From NCBI GenBank assembly GCA_002633005.1, contig NMRA01000651.1, positions 172,633-210,199 of the forward strand: 37,567 nucleotides of DNA, given 5' to 3'. The position numbers and the translations under genes were made by a program. Under the pieces are notes generated by a model. The model did not search any database and was not told the origin of the DNA. It saw only the letters and a program-made list of their open reading frames with translations. Shown here in pieces: positions 12,381 to 26,066 of the stretch. This DNA is from Phoronis australis (Eukaryota; Animalia; Phoronida). Position 1 is the first letter of the stretch. Every line of letters begins with the position of its first letter.

Positions 12381-13038
12381 CTACAGCACATATCACGACA
12401 TTTTGTCCGACCGGTAGGAAATTGGTCGACGACCGGCCGTCGACCGGTCGTCAAATTAACAGACCGGCAGCCGGCCGCAGTGCCGACTCATAAGGCGACT
12501 CCCCAGCCGACCCTTCAGCAGTTGGTCGGCTGCTATTTTTAGGCTAGAGTAACAGTTGCCTAATACATATACGTTGTCAGGCTGATACCACTTTATATTA
12601 TGCTTCTGCGATATCACATAACGTTTGATTTTACCACGCCGTCATCAATTCAACATAAAAGTTTAAGTTCGTGTAATGTCAAGCATTTCGTATTTGTAGG
12701 TTGACTCGATTGTACCTCCCTTAAATAGTTCAACAAAAGTTGATAAACCGACGTCAAGACCGGAATTGCCACTTGTGAACGAACAGCGAACAGTTAAATG
12801 TTTGTTTGGCCAAAGTTCACCCGCTAAGTCATAAAATGGTAATTGCCGACCAAGGACATGCTTAATCCGAATTGGTCATCTACGCTAGGCGACCACTTTG
12901 CCCACCCAAGTGCCGACCGCAGAGGCGACTCAGCACCCGGCTCCTAGCCGACCGTTGTTGGTCGGCTGCTGGTCGGCTAGACGATGAGTCGTCGACCAAT
13001 TTCCGACCGGTCGGACAAAAATTCGTGATGTGTGCTAT
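12381..13038. mobile_element. ~660-bp MITE with ~50-bp TIRs and GTCG/CGAC-rich subterminal repeats
   Basis: Left end AGCACATATCACGACATTTTGTCCGACCGGTAGGAAATTGGTCGACGAC matches the reverse complement of the right end. 8-bp direct repeat ATCTTCGG at 12373-12380 and 13039-13046. Confidence 0.85.
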
Positions 13039-13576
13039 ATCTTCGGAAAAACGTCAAATCAGGAACCTGGCTTGATCACTGCCCAGTCTGTCCATAGGTT
13101 TGTACTGGGACTGTCTGGCACAAATGGAATCTTTCTGTTTGCTAGAATTGGGTTATTATGCAACTTTTGCTCATTAATTCTCTGAAATGCGACACATATG
13201 CACATGGTCTTGTGTGTTGCCATAAACAATTTACAGTAGTTAAAGGCGAAGGCAACATTTTTTCATGTCATTTTGAGCTAAAAAAGGTTGGCTGGTTATC
13301 CTAGACATATTTTCCACTTAATTTCAGCTTTTCGTAATTTTATTAATTACTCGTCCGCTACTCCGGAAGTGACGTTTTAGGAGGCAAGCGTTTCCCGCCA
13401 TTTGGCTTTGCGTTGAGTTTACCGTGCGAATCTGATCTGTTCTACTTTTGTTTTGTGCTGTTTTTCAACAATTGTCGCCACCACTTTCCATCGGCGAGTA
13501 TTCTGCGGCAACATAGGTTAGTAGAGAACTCAACTACGTTGGATTTAGGGATTGTTTAGTGTGTTGTAAGCTGAAA

Positions 13577-13798
13577 ATGGCTGGACTCGGTGACCCTTAT
13601 CACAGTGACAGTAGTGTGAGTGACGGAGACCTTGTTCAAAGCAGTGGTGACGAGGATTTTTTTCACGGACATTCAGTGGGTGGGTACATGTTTGAGCCCG
13701 AGTATAACGAGGCAGAGTACGCACAGGCACAGGCAGCTGTTGAGAGAAACGAGTCGGCNGACACATCTTGGTGCTAATGCACTGTGTGCGTTGTTCCA
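13577..13798 (+). pseudogene. Truncated KolX-like accessory gene (P2X7 cytoplasmic-ballast-like, Cys-rich)
   Basis: M..acidic/Ser-rich..GYMFEPEY...DTSWC*CTVC matches the YxFEP...WCxCxxC start of this family. One in-frame TAA (13775-13777) and an N at 13759. Confidence 0.75.
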
Positions 13799-14609
13799 AG
13801 CCACTACCGGACACGGTTAAGTGGACCTCCGGCATACCACGGACAGAGGAACAACTGTCCCACTTAGTGCCAGAGTGTCCCGCAACACACTCCCACTGGA
13901 TGGTGACCTGAGCACCCAAACTGCTTACATCGTGTCGTGTGACTTCCTCGCCACACACCTGGCACCTTCTAAATAGCTCCAACACGTTAGACAAGTCCAC
14001 AATAAACTTATCAAAGTTTGGCTCACCGATCTGTTCACTGGACGACGAACTGTCCTCTTCACTGGGTGTCGAACTGGGCCTGTAATCATTCCCACTACTT
14101 AATATCGCTGCAGGGCTTCTTAGAGGCTCTGGGCTGGAGAAAACAGCACAGGGCGAATCACTACTGGTTCCAGGAATGGCACGCTCTGGGGTACGTTCGG
14201 AGGTACGGGTGACAGTAGATGAAGTACCTCAACTGGCTCCAGTCACTGTATTGGCCACAGCTCGCGAGGCTTCTCGCTTCAGAAACGCACTTCTCGGGGG
14301 TGGCGACGGGGCACTGCCAGGAATCAACACAGACGGAATGGCATTCTGCTTCATTCGTTGTTTCGCAGGGACCTTCATCAGTTCAGCGTACAAATCCCTT
14401 TCGTAATCGGACGGCAGAAAGCGTTTGCCACACACACGGTAATTCTCGACTGCTTTGTACGTTGCGTGGACGGGTAACGCTGCGCTCTTCACACGAACGA
14501 GCGAAGTACGGCGAAGTGTGTCATCCATCGGAAAGCGATGCAAAGGTACTCCCAAAGCGCGCGTGAGACGATAATTAGTACATCCCTGTACGCAACAACA
14601 GTGTGGCAT
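13795..14609 (-). pseudogene. Kolobok transposase N-terminal half: THAP domain, S/P-rich linker and Zn-ribbon
   Basis: MPHCCCVQGCTN..LHRFP..RVCGKRF..AIPSV (THAP with W->S and H->R). The same frame runs through a single TGA (14229-14231) into KFIVDLSNVLELFRRCQVC..G..WECVAGH..W.S. Catalytic DDE region absent. Confidence 0.85.
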
Positions 14610-15005
14610 GTTGACTGACTAGTAAATGAAAGCAAACGACGACGGAACTTAACACAATTGAGGTAGAACAATGACTGAGTCGGCAGCTCTCACAGTCAGA
14701 CTATTAAAGAAATTGGCGCGAAATGCTTGCCTCCTAAAACGTCACTTCCAGAGTAGCGGACGAGTAATTAACAAAGTTACGAAAAGCTGTAATTAAGCGG
14801 AAAATATACCTAGGATAACCAACCAACCTTATTTTAGCTCAAAATGACATGAAAAAAAGGTTGCCTTCGCCTTTAGTAGTGACCTGATCATTGTAGAGTC
14901 AGCCTGACTGAGTCCACAGTGTCCATTGCTGTGTGCCATGAGGAGTACTTTTTTCAAATGAGGACAAATTTTTAGATTTAAACTGGAGTAAATATTTGAA
15001 GAAGA

Positions 15006-15185
15006 ATGCCTGACCGTTGTGTAGTTGGAGGCAGTGGCAATACGCCAAGGGCTGGGGTATCTTTGCACAAGTGAGAAGACTTTGCGAAGTCCACGATTGA
15101 AGCGTGGCCGTATTCGGTAGTATGTAGCGGGCATATTTTGCATGGACTGCTTCTAGAACTAAAGCCTGCGATCCGAGTATAGTTG
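15006..15185 (+). pseudogene. Second degenerate THAP domain, outside the Kolobok TIRs
   Basis: MPDRCVVGGSGNTPRAGVSLHK*..FAK..W..SVVCSGH(frameshift)FCMDCF..LKPAI; not in the ORF track because of a stop and a frameshift. Confidence 0.7.
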
Positions 15186-17629
15186 CAAACCAGGATCAGT
15201 GGATTTTTAGAGAGTATTCGAAACGGTACATGCCGTCGCTTTCCGGAAGCTAGTGGGCCTTGAGCTAGTATTGACAACCTAACATTGAAAACGACGGATA
15301 GCATCGACGGAAACTGTGGGACAGGATTAGTGCTAGAAGTAGCCAGTAGTTTTTCTTTTAAATTACAGCTTTTGCAACATACCGGTAAGTGTCTGTAGGT
15401 GGGTGTGCTGAGTAGCTTGATACCCGTTACCTGTCGTTGCAATCCATCGAATTTTAGCCTAGCGGATCGCTAGCTGGACTGAATGAACAGTAAGAGTAGG
15501 GCTGTTCAACCACTTTTTTCGATTTGCAAAAATACTTCAATATAATTGGAGAGCTAATGCACCCCACTCAATAAATTAAAAAATATATCAAAATCCGGTT
15601 AAGCAGTGCACATTTATTGCATTTTTGGTGGCTAAATTTGGGTTATTTGTTTGGATCATGTCGGCCATTTTGGACAACAGCGGTATAACTTGCGAGTTTA
15701 AAACCGTGTATAAATTATTTTCACCAATAATTTACGTTGAAACTTAGTGAGAAAGATCTATACGTATTATTCAGAGGATTCAATAGTTTTCATTTGATTT
15801 CAGCCAAACAGATGTTACTTGTTGAGTGATAAAAGTGCTCACAATTCCCATTTGACTCATTTCTGGCGGCACCGAAAACATGGCAACTTCTGCTGAACAG
15901 AAGGACATGTTCAATCGGCTATTTTGTACTTGGTAAAGACTTAACTTTGGCACATTTTGATGAAAGTTTCTATAGAATAGCAACTTTGCACAATGGTTGT
16001 GTTTTTGTGCAAAAATATAAGGAATGCCCTAATTATTGTAGTGTGAGTATCCCATTCAGTTGACCATACACTCAGCTTAAAAATTAGTCGAAAAAGTTTT
16101 GAAATCTTTTTTTCTGTGAAAGTCAATTGCGCTTCAAGGTTTGATTATGTGTCACAACATAAATTATTTTTTTCTAAATTTTACGTATGAATGTTTCTTC
16201 TAATACATGCGTTGTAACTGTTTGCTTTCTAAATTCAAGTTTTCAAGGCAAAAAATGTAATTAAGGCTCGTAATTAGAGTAATAGGCTATGTTGGATTGT
16301 GAAGTTTGCAGCCTCCAAACCTTTTTCCATGCAATTTCTTATTTTCTCAAATCATGCTTGTCGAATTCTTGTGTAAGGAAACATCTGGTCGCCGTGGTGA
16401 TAGTTAGGCGTATCCACTTTCATATCATGTAAATTTGTCTTGTTGTTGGATAATGTTTGTAATGTTTAAATGTTCTAAAGTACTGTGCATTCTAGATTAC
16501 TTATTTTGGTAAAGATTAGACCATTCTCGCTCACATATAAACTTTACTGTACTGAGATTATTTCAGTTGTGACTTATGTACAGTAGCGGTAACCTTCAAC
16601 TACCTTGAAAGTCTTTCACTGTAGAAACCAAAATTAATATATAATTCCGACTGAAAGCACTTGATTTTAATTTGAACTGTCGATTAAATCATGATCGTCA
16701 TCTGGATTGTTCTTTGATTTCTATGACTCAGTGACCAAAGCATGATAGAATTAACTTGCCGTAATGAATGGCTGAAGTAATATGTTCACTGGCATCTTCA
16801 GCTAATATTTCTTGATGCCTTGGGTTTTTATTATTTCAATAGATTAACACGTGAATTTAAAAAAACAAGATCAGAAGACTTCCATTTCAAGTGTTCTTGT
16901 AATTCTGCCATTGAGATTGCCACCTCCACTCAAATTTCAATTATATACGCGGTTAAATTAAAAGGTGACACCCTTTTACTCACTGCTGAAAATGGAAAAA
17001 GTGAAATCTGCAATATTTTGTATTAGGCTTGATTATCTGTGATACACTGGTCTTTACATCTCCTTGGCGAAAAACAATGTAGTTATGCCAACTAATAGAG
17101 TTGAAAGGAATTATCATATGAAGCAAGCAAAATTTTGGATGGTTGACGGCTTGTAGCCATTGCAATACACAGCTGACTTCCTGGTCTGACATCACATACG
17201 GTTATGTAACCACATATGCCTGTTCTAAGAATTGACTCGGCTGAAGTCGGATAGGGTCATTACTGCTGGGCTTTTCTCAAAAACCAAGCTGTGCGGAAAA
17301 GAACTGCCCTATGCAAATGATTCACACAGTGCTATGATTTGTTTTGAAAAGCAGTTGTTTTGGTGTGAAACTATGTCTTTAAATTTCAGACAAGCGCGAA
17401 TTGCCTACAAGCTAGAAAAGGGTACCTAGAAATTCTTGGTAGTGTAAGGATTTTCGGTCATTTCATGTCTATGCGCCCTCCTTAAGCATTTTACCTATGT
17501 TGTAGGCCTATTCTTGACATCCTCGAGCATTTTTAAATGAGCAAATTAAATCCTCCACTATGCAAAATTCTGTTTTTATACCAAGCATTGCAGGTAGATT
17601 TGTTTGATGTTTTCATCCATGTTTCTATG

Positions 17630-17750
17630 TTGGCATGCCAGACAAAAGACTGTGTTTTGCAGTTAACAAAGGAGCTCGATGTTATCACACGCTCACACCC
17701 CTCTACATGTATGTCTGGTATAGTCACTGAACGGGAGGAAGCCGTAATGT
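17630..17750 (-). repeat. Dispersed degenerate coding-like module, copy 1
   Basis: ITASSRSVTIPD..ERVITSSSFVNCKTQSFV; aligns with 24131-24240 (+) and 34279-34314 (-). Confidence 0.7.
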
Positions 17751-20700
17751 CCCTAACCTTCTTAAAACAGTCATAACCAGGGTTACAACTTGAATTTTAA
17801 GCTGCATTTTTGACTCGTTTAGCTGAATGGCTGCCATAAAAGTCTCTCAAAGTATTCTTTGTTATGAAAGGATTCTATTTAAGTTACCAACAACAAAATG
17901 TCACATCTGCACGTTTCCATGGATCCACCGACCCCAGTAGCGGCAAGGTGGAGTTTACTATTCAGAACCGTGTTTAGTATAATAAATCACATTAGGGATG
18001 AGAGGAAATCAGCGAAGTATGACACCAGAGACTTTGGTGGTTTTGGAGATACTAGGGTAGCCTTGTGTGTGTGTGGGGGGGGATGAGGCAATTTCCTGAT
18101 GCATAATGAGTCATTTTTACTACAATTTCTATTGCAGTTTCTGCTTCAAACCGAACCTTTTCTGAATAATTTTGGTATCACGTGATAGGTTTATGACCTA
18201 TGTCAGCGAAAACAGCACCGACACTAAAATATCGGTTACCAAGGTAACATTGCAACTGTTTCAGTGAAGGTACATTTACATTTCATGCTTGTGAAAAACC
18301 AGCAGTAAGTTATACCCTTACATGTACATGTATGTCTAGGCTGCCTGCACGAGAAAACTGAAAATAGTAACACGGGCATGTAGAATACTCCATGCCCTTG
18401 AAAGTAACTCAAAAAACCATGAAAGCTTGGGAATAGGTGTCTGAATTTCACTATTTTCAGACCGCACATTTTGTATTTGTCGTGTTAAACCAATCTGCGC
18501 CGTCTGTAAGCATTAGAATGTCGTAGTATAGTACAACAATTGGTTTGCTTAAATGTTTTAATTAATTTTATGAACACAAAAGGTTCCAACTAAAATATGA
18601 AATTATACTAGATTTGTTCATCCAACTCTTTGAATACCAAATTAAAGAAACAAATGCGTTTGTTGAATAATGGCTGACCTATAGTTCAGGTTTGCGAATT
18701 TATCTGGCACTGCCAGTCGCATCAGATGTGGTATTTTTGCAAGTTACCGAGAGAAACAAATGTGAAAATCTTGGGAAATGCACAAGGAATATAACGAGAC
18801 ATATGAGAACCTTAAAAGTGACGGAGGTGATGTGAAGGAAGTGGAACGTGTTCTTCCGCGAACTGGTCTGTCTGCCTCAGAGGCAGGTGTGTAGCAGGAG
18901 CTAGATAATCTACCGTAGTACATTCACTTGCCCGAATCATCGATACAGCCCTCCACTCATGTTGGCGTCGCCAACGACACTGAGTACATCCATTGCACAC
19001 AGGAGGGGAAGTCCAAGAGAGGTCTGAAAAATGACCAAAGACGTTAAATCAAGGTTCAACGTTCTGCTTCGCGTGAGCTCAGGTAAGAATCACCAAACTT
19101 CAGGGTCTGACCCTGAGGAGTATTTTCAGGGGCATATCATTCATACAAGAATACTTTTATTGACACACTGTGATTGCATGTAACATGGGCCTTATTGCTT
19201 AATCACATCTTATTCCAAATGCCTTGAAGTATACACGTACATATATGCAGTGAATGCAGGTTGTTAGAAAACGACTACATGACTGCAGAAGGGAACAGCT
19301 GATCAAAATGAATGCCATACCAACATTGTTAGCAATATCGTGTCTGTGAAAAATTATGTTTGGTTATGTTCATCAGTTTTTTATGCGGATAGGACTGTAA
19401 TATGTTCCTGAACTAACAGAACTGTTGTCCAGGGCTGTAGTTCGGTTGTGGTGCTCAAATCGTTCGCTTCGGTTTCCATAACGATAAGCGCCTCTTAATG
19501 TCCAGTATGCTTACTAAACTGAAATTATGTTCAATTGATAAAGAAAATAACCACTTAATACATTTAAACATTTTACATGACTTCTGCCTATGACCTACTT
19601 TTAGAGTCTAGAAAGTATGTTATGTCCGCAATTTAATTTCTGCGATGGAATATGAATTTTATTAAACATGCCAAAGCCGTCAAAAATATTGTGTATTTCT
19701 CTAAAAAAATACATTGATATCAGTTTGTGATTTGCAACTAGTAAACCTTTTAACAAAGATGATTAGGCTAAACAATGGAACTGAACACATAAAAGTGGAA
19801 CTGTTCTAGGCCAAATATGCAGTTCACAATTTTGCCCAATCACTCATCGCTGAGGTAGAAATCAAGAGTCGCACATCAAAATTTACCCTCCCAAAATTGG
19901 AATAAAAAAGACAGAACATTCCAACATGAACCTAAGGCCCCATAAATTGGCCCGTTGACATTAGGTCCTGCGGGCCAATTGATCGGATAACCTCGTAAAG
20001 GATTTTGACGTACTTTCATGCATGCTGAATTCGCAGTAGAGTTCAAAGTTCCTCTTAACCTCATATGATTGCCAAAAGCGGTGTATTTCTTGGTTGCTAG
20101 ATTTTAGGGCCGGCAAACTAACAAAAATAATCAGAGACTGTGGTGAGGATCTTGAGCCTAGGGTTTCCATGTCATACTCGTGCATGAAAGATAGTGTATG
20201 CAATTGATACAATATCATAGAGGCAAATCCGAGAAAGGCATTGGTCCATCTCTCATTGGTTGCGACCACCTTTTTCCCACATACACTGCCACTCCTCTAC
20301 CAGGGTCATGACCCCCACGCGAGTTGTGGCGGTGGACAGGATTGTTCATTCATGAACAACCCTGCCCATGTGGCACACACTGAGCCACAACACCACGTTC
20401 CTTACAATATCTTTTTTATCACTCCGCCTGGTCTGCTCGCTCAGCTTGTCCTGAACCTCCTTTGCTGGTTGTTAAAGCCCAGATGGCTGTTTGGTGTACC
20501 CACTTGGTACTTTATTATATGATATTTGCTCATTTGGCAGTTGTACTCATTTTGTACTTGTTACTGAACTTGCCCTTTTGCTCGACCCACTTGGTAGGCA
20601 ATCGGCCAATACCAGTTAATGGTATTATGTACCCATTTGGTACAATAATAACCTGTGCCACTTAGTATCAGATACTCAATTACACAATGGGTATCGTAAA

Positions 20701-21366
20701 CGTGTGTGTCATCTCCTGTAATTAAGGAACTCATCTTGTTCCTTTTGTGAAATATTCATTTGTAGAGCTGTGGCCCTGAAATTCCAAATACAACCTAAAA
20801 TATCTAAAATATATATTATTGCTGTTGTTTTATTTGCCCTCAATAGGTCAGATGTTAGTTTGGAAATCTGTTATGTTGAAATGGTTAACTTGTTGTGCTC
20901 ATTGTGAAGGTGGGCTCATGTGAAGTGATGAATGAGTAGTATAGTAAGTCATACAGGACCCCGTTTCAAAGGCTCCTCGGTCAAAAGGCATCTATCCCAA
21001 AGGAAAAGGACAAAGGTCACGTGGGATAACTGCAATCGGAAGGGACACCATCCGCTTACCGGACGGATGTGTCAATGACGTTACAACTCATGACGTAGTA
21101 GGTTTAATTGGAGAGGCACCTCGATGCACGTTTTTGCGGCTCCTCACAACGGATCGAGAACCGAGACAAAAGAGAGATGACGCAGCAGAATAAGAACAAA
21201 ACTTATTTCGTGTACCCTAATTAAGTGAGGGTCGTCGTTGTATATTGTTTGTTCTCTCTCATTGATCAAAAACAAAGTAGTGTATATACAAAAGGGGATA
21301 ACCACCCAACTCAACAACAGATCTCGCGTTAAGTCTAACCCAGGACCCGACGGTACTAAGCGAATC

Positions 21367-21397
21367 ATACTAATAATACTAATAATACTAATAATAA
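21367..21397 (+). repeat. (ATACTAATA)n microsatellite, ~3.4 copies
   Basis: atactaataatactaataatactaataataa. Confidence 0.85.
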
Positions 21398-24130
21398 GAG
21401 GCGACCAGCTAACACAGAACATTAAACCGATAGCGTTTAAACGTGCATCAATGATTAAGAACGAATACAGTACAAAAATCATCATTCGAATACACTATAA
21501 AAATCATCAAAACCTTCAGAATCCGTTTAAGTAGGCTATAGCAAACTATCAAATGTCCGCATTAAAGGTCCAGTGGTGACGCCGTCGTCGAACACTCGTC
21601 TTTTGGGATAAAAGTAGGTGAACGCGCACCAAAATGGTCACATTAAATTTAATGTGTTTACTTTTTAGGAATCAGGAAAGGCTTGTGCTGAAGAAGTGGC
21701 TTCTGCTGAAGTTGAAGACCTGCCGATTTTTAGTAAAGGTTGGGTATGGAAAAGTACAAAACCAGCAAGAAGGTGCCCTGAACGGTTGAAAAAATTCTGT
21801 CTGGACGTCTAAGTGAGAAGGTTAGAGAGAGCCCGAAAAATCTTCACCCAAAGAGAACTAGTAACTTGAGGAAAGAGTGGGGGATAATGCATTTGCCAAA
21901 GATCAATGGCTTATACCACAACAGGTCAAAAGTAATTTCTTTGAGAAAGGCCACTCTCAGCGAATGTGGGAAACTGAGACAGTTGCATGTAGGATATGTG
22001 ACAGAAGAAATGGATTATGCGTTGGAAAGAGACAATCTGAGCTTTAAGATGGTCAATAATGTAGCATTGTAAAAATTCAAAGAGAGGAAACAGTACACAG
22101 GTTAGACCTGTAAATACTCTGGCTGATCTGCTAAATCCAGTGGTGGCATTATTAATATCAGCACAACAATGTGGGGAAGTACACGCGTGTCTTGTTTTCA
22201 GATTTGTTTCCACCAGAACTGCTTTGCGAACAACACAAATCTAAGTTTACTTGGATTGAGTATTTATCCAGCCACCGATTGTGATCCCTGGCCAGTGGAT
22301 TAAGTTGGTAAAGCCTCATGGTACATAGGTCTCTTTGTTTAGCTAGTTGATTTTTTTGGTGTCACAGGATTTCTCAGTGTGTCCATTACATTTAGAATTG
22401 TTACGTGATTGATCACCACTGTTTTGTTTTTTCTCCTTGAAATTGTGTAATTGATTTGAATGTATGTTTCCGCATTTTATTTACCATGATGGATTTTTGT
22501 TTGTAAGTGAGTATTAATTGCTGCCTTTGAGTTCCTGTTGCAGTTTCACTGGCTCTGTTCACATACCTTTCTGCCTGGTTAGTGAACCCACTTTCCGTAC
22601 AGGAGGTAATGTTTTGATTTAAACCATTTACCTTTACAAAACTTAACCCGATTTGTTCATTATCCAGTGCCATAAATTGACCTATCGCCAGCATTTTGAG
22701 TGACAGCTTAACTGACCATTTCGAAAGCAGCATGATTGACACACCTTCCTTTCCAAGCCGCCATTTTACCAGACAAACAACGCGCTACTGGGTAAAACTT
22801 GTTGTTTGTTAGTCGACATTACGCAAGGAGGGAGAGCTTGCGATAGGTCAATTGCCAAATGCAACGAAATGTTTAATTGGCGTATTGGCTTGCCTTTGTC
22901 TACGTCACTAAGGGAATCACCTTTTAATTCAAACAACTGCCTATAACACCCACACGCGATGGTGCTCTATTCAGACTCCTATTCAATACAATGGTTATCG
23001 GCCTTCCTTGTTTGTGATGGGATCTCGCGGAGACGCAACATGGCACGAAAAGGCAGCTTCACTTATCATTTGACGGCCTTACATTTGGATGATTGAACTC
23101 GCATTTTAAAATTCTCATTTTACTTAGGCTTTGCTAGGACTATCTGGTTAGCCAGTACTTCTAAAATAACAAAATTCCTTTGAAGTTTGGCTTTAATGCT
23201 CCCGATAGGTGATAACCATGCGACTAGTTTACCAAGTTAAGCAATACTTTGCGACCTGCACACTACATGATTTGACATAGGTAATATAACTGAAATAACT
23301 GGCGTAAGGATTTTGGTGCTTTTGTACATAACCAAGAGGTGGAAACAATTGCAAGATAGCACCTGTAGAATCCAGCTACAATCTCCTATTCGAGATCCTT
23401 TGACAACAAAGCCGCGCTACATATCCGCAGATTTGCACCCTTGACCTTCACACGCACACCGAAGAGGCTCGATACAAGATGACCGAAGTCAATTCCCAAA
23501 GACTACTAGATTTCAAGGCGGTGCACCTATTTCGCAGCTAGAATAGAAAAGTGGCCTTCCGAGCAAAATATTCAAGTATTATCTTTTGTCACGTTTTAGA
23601 TTGGATGGGTACAATTCCTGTTTGCATGACGCAGTTTACGGCACCTGTAAACGTTGCCATTATACGTTTGATTGGACCACGAGGTTACCAGGCGACCGGT
23701 TGTTTTGGTGAGTTGTAACGTTTGCTTCGCGCGATGCAATTAGTTAGAAGTAGGCACGTTTTCGGTAGGGCTGCAGCTGAGAGTTTGTCTAGATCGCGCA
23801 AGTTTTCATGAGAAATCGTCATGTTTTTCAAGCAAATCACGTGATCGGACTACTTTCCAATTGCTGATAACTTGTATTTCGGAACGTGCCATAGAAAACA
23901 CTTTGTGCATGTTGATCACCTAAACATTCAGGTGACTCAGTACCGGTTATGTATTAATGGTGACATTGAAAACCCATCCCGTTGACCATGCTAATTACCC
24001 GCTTTCTGTAAAATTATATCCTTTGACTTACACCAGTTGCAGCTACAAGGCTGGTCTCTACTGGCATATTAAATAGACACATGTGTTTGGAAAGACGTAT
24101 ACTGTAGACCCAGTGCACTCCTGGACATCC

Positions 24131-24240
24131 ATTACAGCATTTTGTCGTTAAGTGACTTTTCCAGACGTGAGGGATGCTGAACGTGCGATAACATCTGGCT
24201 CTTTTGTTAACTGCCCAGCTCAGTCTTTTGTCCCGTATGA
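24131..24240 (+). repeat. Dispersed degenerate coding-like module, copy 2
   Basis: ITAFCR*VTFPD..ERAITSGSFVNCPAQSFV. Confidence 0.7.
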
Positions 24241-25204
24241 TAACAAGCATCTCTCAGGCTTTAAAGGAAACTTATGGTGGTTGTACGCTATTGCCGAACG
24301 TGTCAAACCCACTGCGTCCGTTTGGACAGAATAGATTGTCTTATTTCTGTTGTAGTTGGGCGATTTTGGTGATTCAAAAACGGAACATGATCAGCATTTG
24401 ACAAGGAATTCAGAAATTCTATTGGTTTAAGCTGAAATATGTAATGACTTAACTTTCATTTTTATCAGCCTTGCCCAGTCAGTCTAGATAGGCTCTGGTC
24501 GGAGATTAAAGCAATTATCGAACAAAAGAACGCACGCCCTCCAATCATAAATGCCAGACCGGAGTTAATCAGTCGTGTAAGATATTGGCTACGGGGGTAA
24601 ACTTCTCAACTTGTTGTTGGGCTATTGAATCGAACAAGTTGGGAGTAACGGGATGTCGGTCGTCGTCATGTGAGGTTCTAAAATGCCTTTTGTGAAGGAC
24701 ATTGATTGAAAAAAATAAAATCGATGTTTACAAGCCGAACATATGCCCAACTACATGTTCTTTTCAACAAGTTAGTGACGCCATTACCGCATCTCGGTGA
24801 CTTCTTCATATATCTGAACATTTCAAAAGTTTCTGTAGCTACCGTACGTGTATATTTTGGTTCATGCATTATGTTAGATTAATTTTCTTAGTTGTAACTG
24901 TGTGAGTTCTAGACTGCAAATTAGCGATGATGCTTCACTATGGTGTTCTAAACTACAATTTAGCATTGATTCTTAGATGAAGAAAAAGCACTTTCGAATG
25001 CTGCAGATGCTTGAGCTACAGGCTTCGTAACGTTCCACGCGTTTATGTCCCTTTCGTTTAGGGGAACTTTCTTCCGAAAAGTTGTCGGCGTTTTTGTCCC
25101 CTTCACACATACATGTACATGTATGGCCCAACAGGGAATCAGTGATTTGATTTGGATATGATCACATGGCCAACGATACGGGGCTCTAGCACCATGTCAT
25201 TCAT

Positions 25205-25493
25205 CATAACGCTAAAACCTCTTGAGAGACCGTCCTGAGTTGGAAGGTAGAGCAACTCAGGACGGTCTGAGATCTAGCAAAAGACCACAGGGTAGATCTG
25301 TGGTCGACAGATCTGTTCTGTCGATTACATTTAATTGCCCGTGAAGCCGATGGTTTGGTCATAAGGGCTGTCCGAAGAAATATGACTCGCGCATTTGTAT
25401 TTTCGCCTTTTTGAACGACATGTAAAGGATTCATCAACAAATTCCTTAAAATTTTGAAAACAAGTGTTTTTCACCCACGAAAATCGATGAAGT
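25205..25493 (+). repeat. Interspersed repeat starting CATAACGCTAAA with three consecutive hairpins (copy 1; probably extends to ~26060)
   Basis: Aligns along its length with 37287-37567. Stems at 25227-25242/25253-25268, 25283-25290/25298-25305 and 25304-25311/25317-25324. Confidence 0.9.
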
Positions 25494-26066
25494 TTTGGCC
25501 GAGATATTTCACTTTCAGTCCAGGCTAGCCCTGCACACTGGAGAATCGCCACAAAAGATTACTACGCGGTAATGCAGTTTCACTGTCGACAAAGGAAGAC
25601 GTCAAAAAGACTTATACTTGTCGTTTCTAAACTATTTGCATGTTAAAATATCGAAATATAAGTAAAATCGTACGCTATATTTTAGCAGTAAAACAGCAAT
25701 TTCATTTTGGTGAACTTGTCTATAAGGACCCAACTCGCGCATGGTGGTGAGTAGTGAGTCCGGTGCAACACGTGAGGATGGTTGTGTAGTTTTTTGCTCT
25801 CAAACTCAAAAGTAGCCGTTTCGAAATGGAAAATGGACCGAAAACGCAGGCAGTTGACGAAAATGGCCATTGGGCGGAAGCAACTGTGCCGGGAGTAAAT
25901 GACAGCGCCGGGAATTCACGTCGGTTTTCCTGGATGGCCGTCTGAGTTTGACCAGCTCGTCGAGCCGTGATTCACGAGAGGCTGAGCCGATCGATTATGT
26001 CGGGCACGGGACGTGGACCTGGTGAAGAAAAACGTAAGTATTATTTATCATCACTTGTGCTCGCAT

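Larger units (their letters stand above)
13244..14872. mobile_element. Internally deleted Kolobok DNA transposon
   Basis: TTAA|AGGCGAAGGCAAC...GTTGCCTTCGCCT|TTAG. ~160-bp TIRs (13244-13403 / 14710-14872). Contains convergent transposase and KolX 5' halves. Confidence 0.9.

Noticed and set aside
14978-15442. 154-aa minus-strand ORF
   Set aside because: Partly antisense to the degenerate THAP on the + strand; no recognisable motif.
15498-18500. One large DNA transposon starting TAGGGCTG
   Set aside because: Parts look like transposon subterminal DNA, but I could not pair termini or find a TSD or transposase motif.
20355-20400. Gag-like CCHC zinc knuckle on the minus strand (WCCGSV..HMGR)
   Set aside because: Needs a frameshift and a missing Cys; no LTRs, PBS or pol found nearby.
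21328-21348. 2A-like ribosome-skipping motif VKSNPGP
   Set aside because: Lacks the D and E of D(V/I)ExNPGP, and no LINE endonuclease follows; likely chance.
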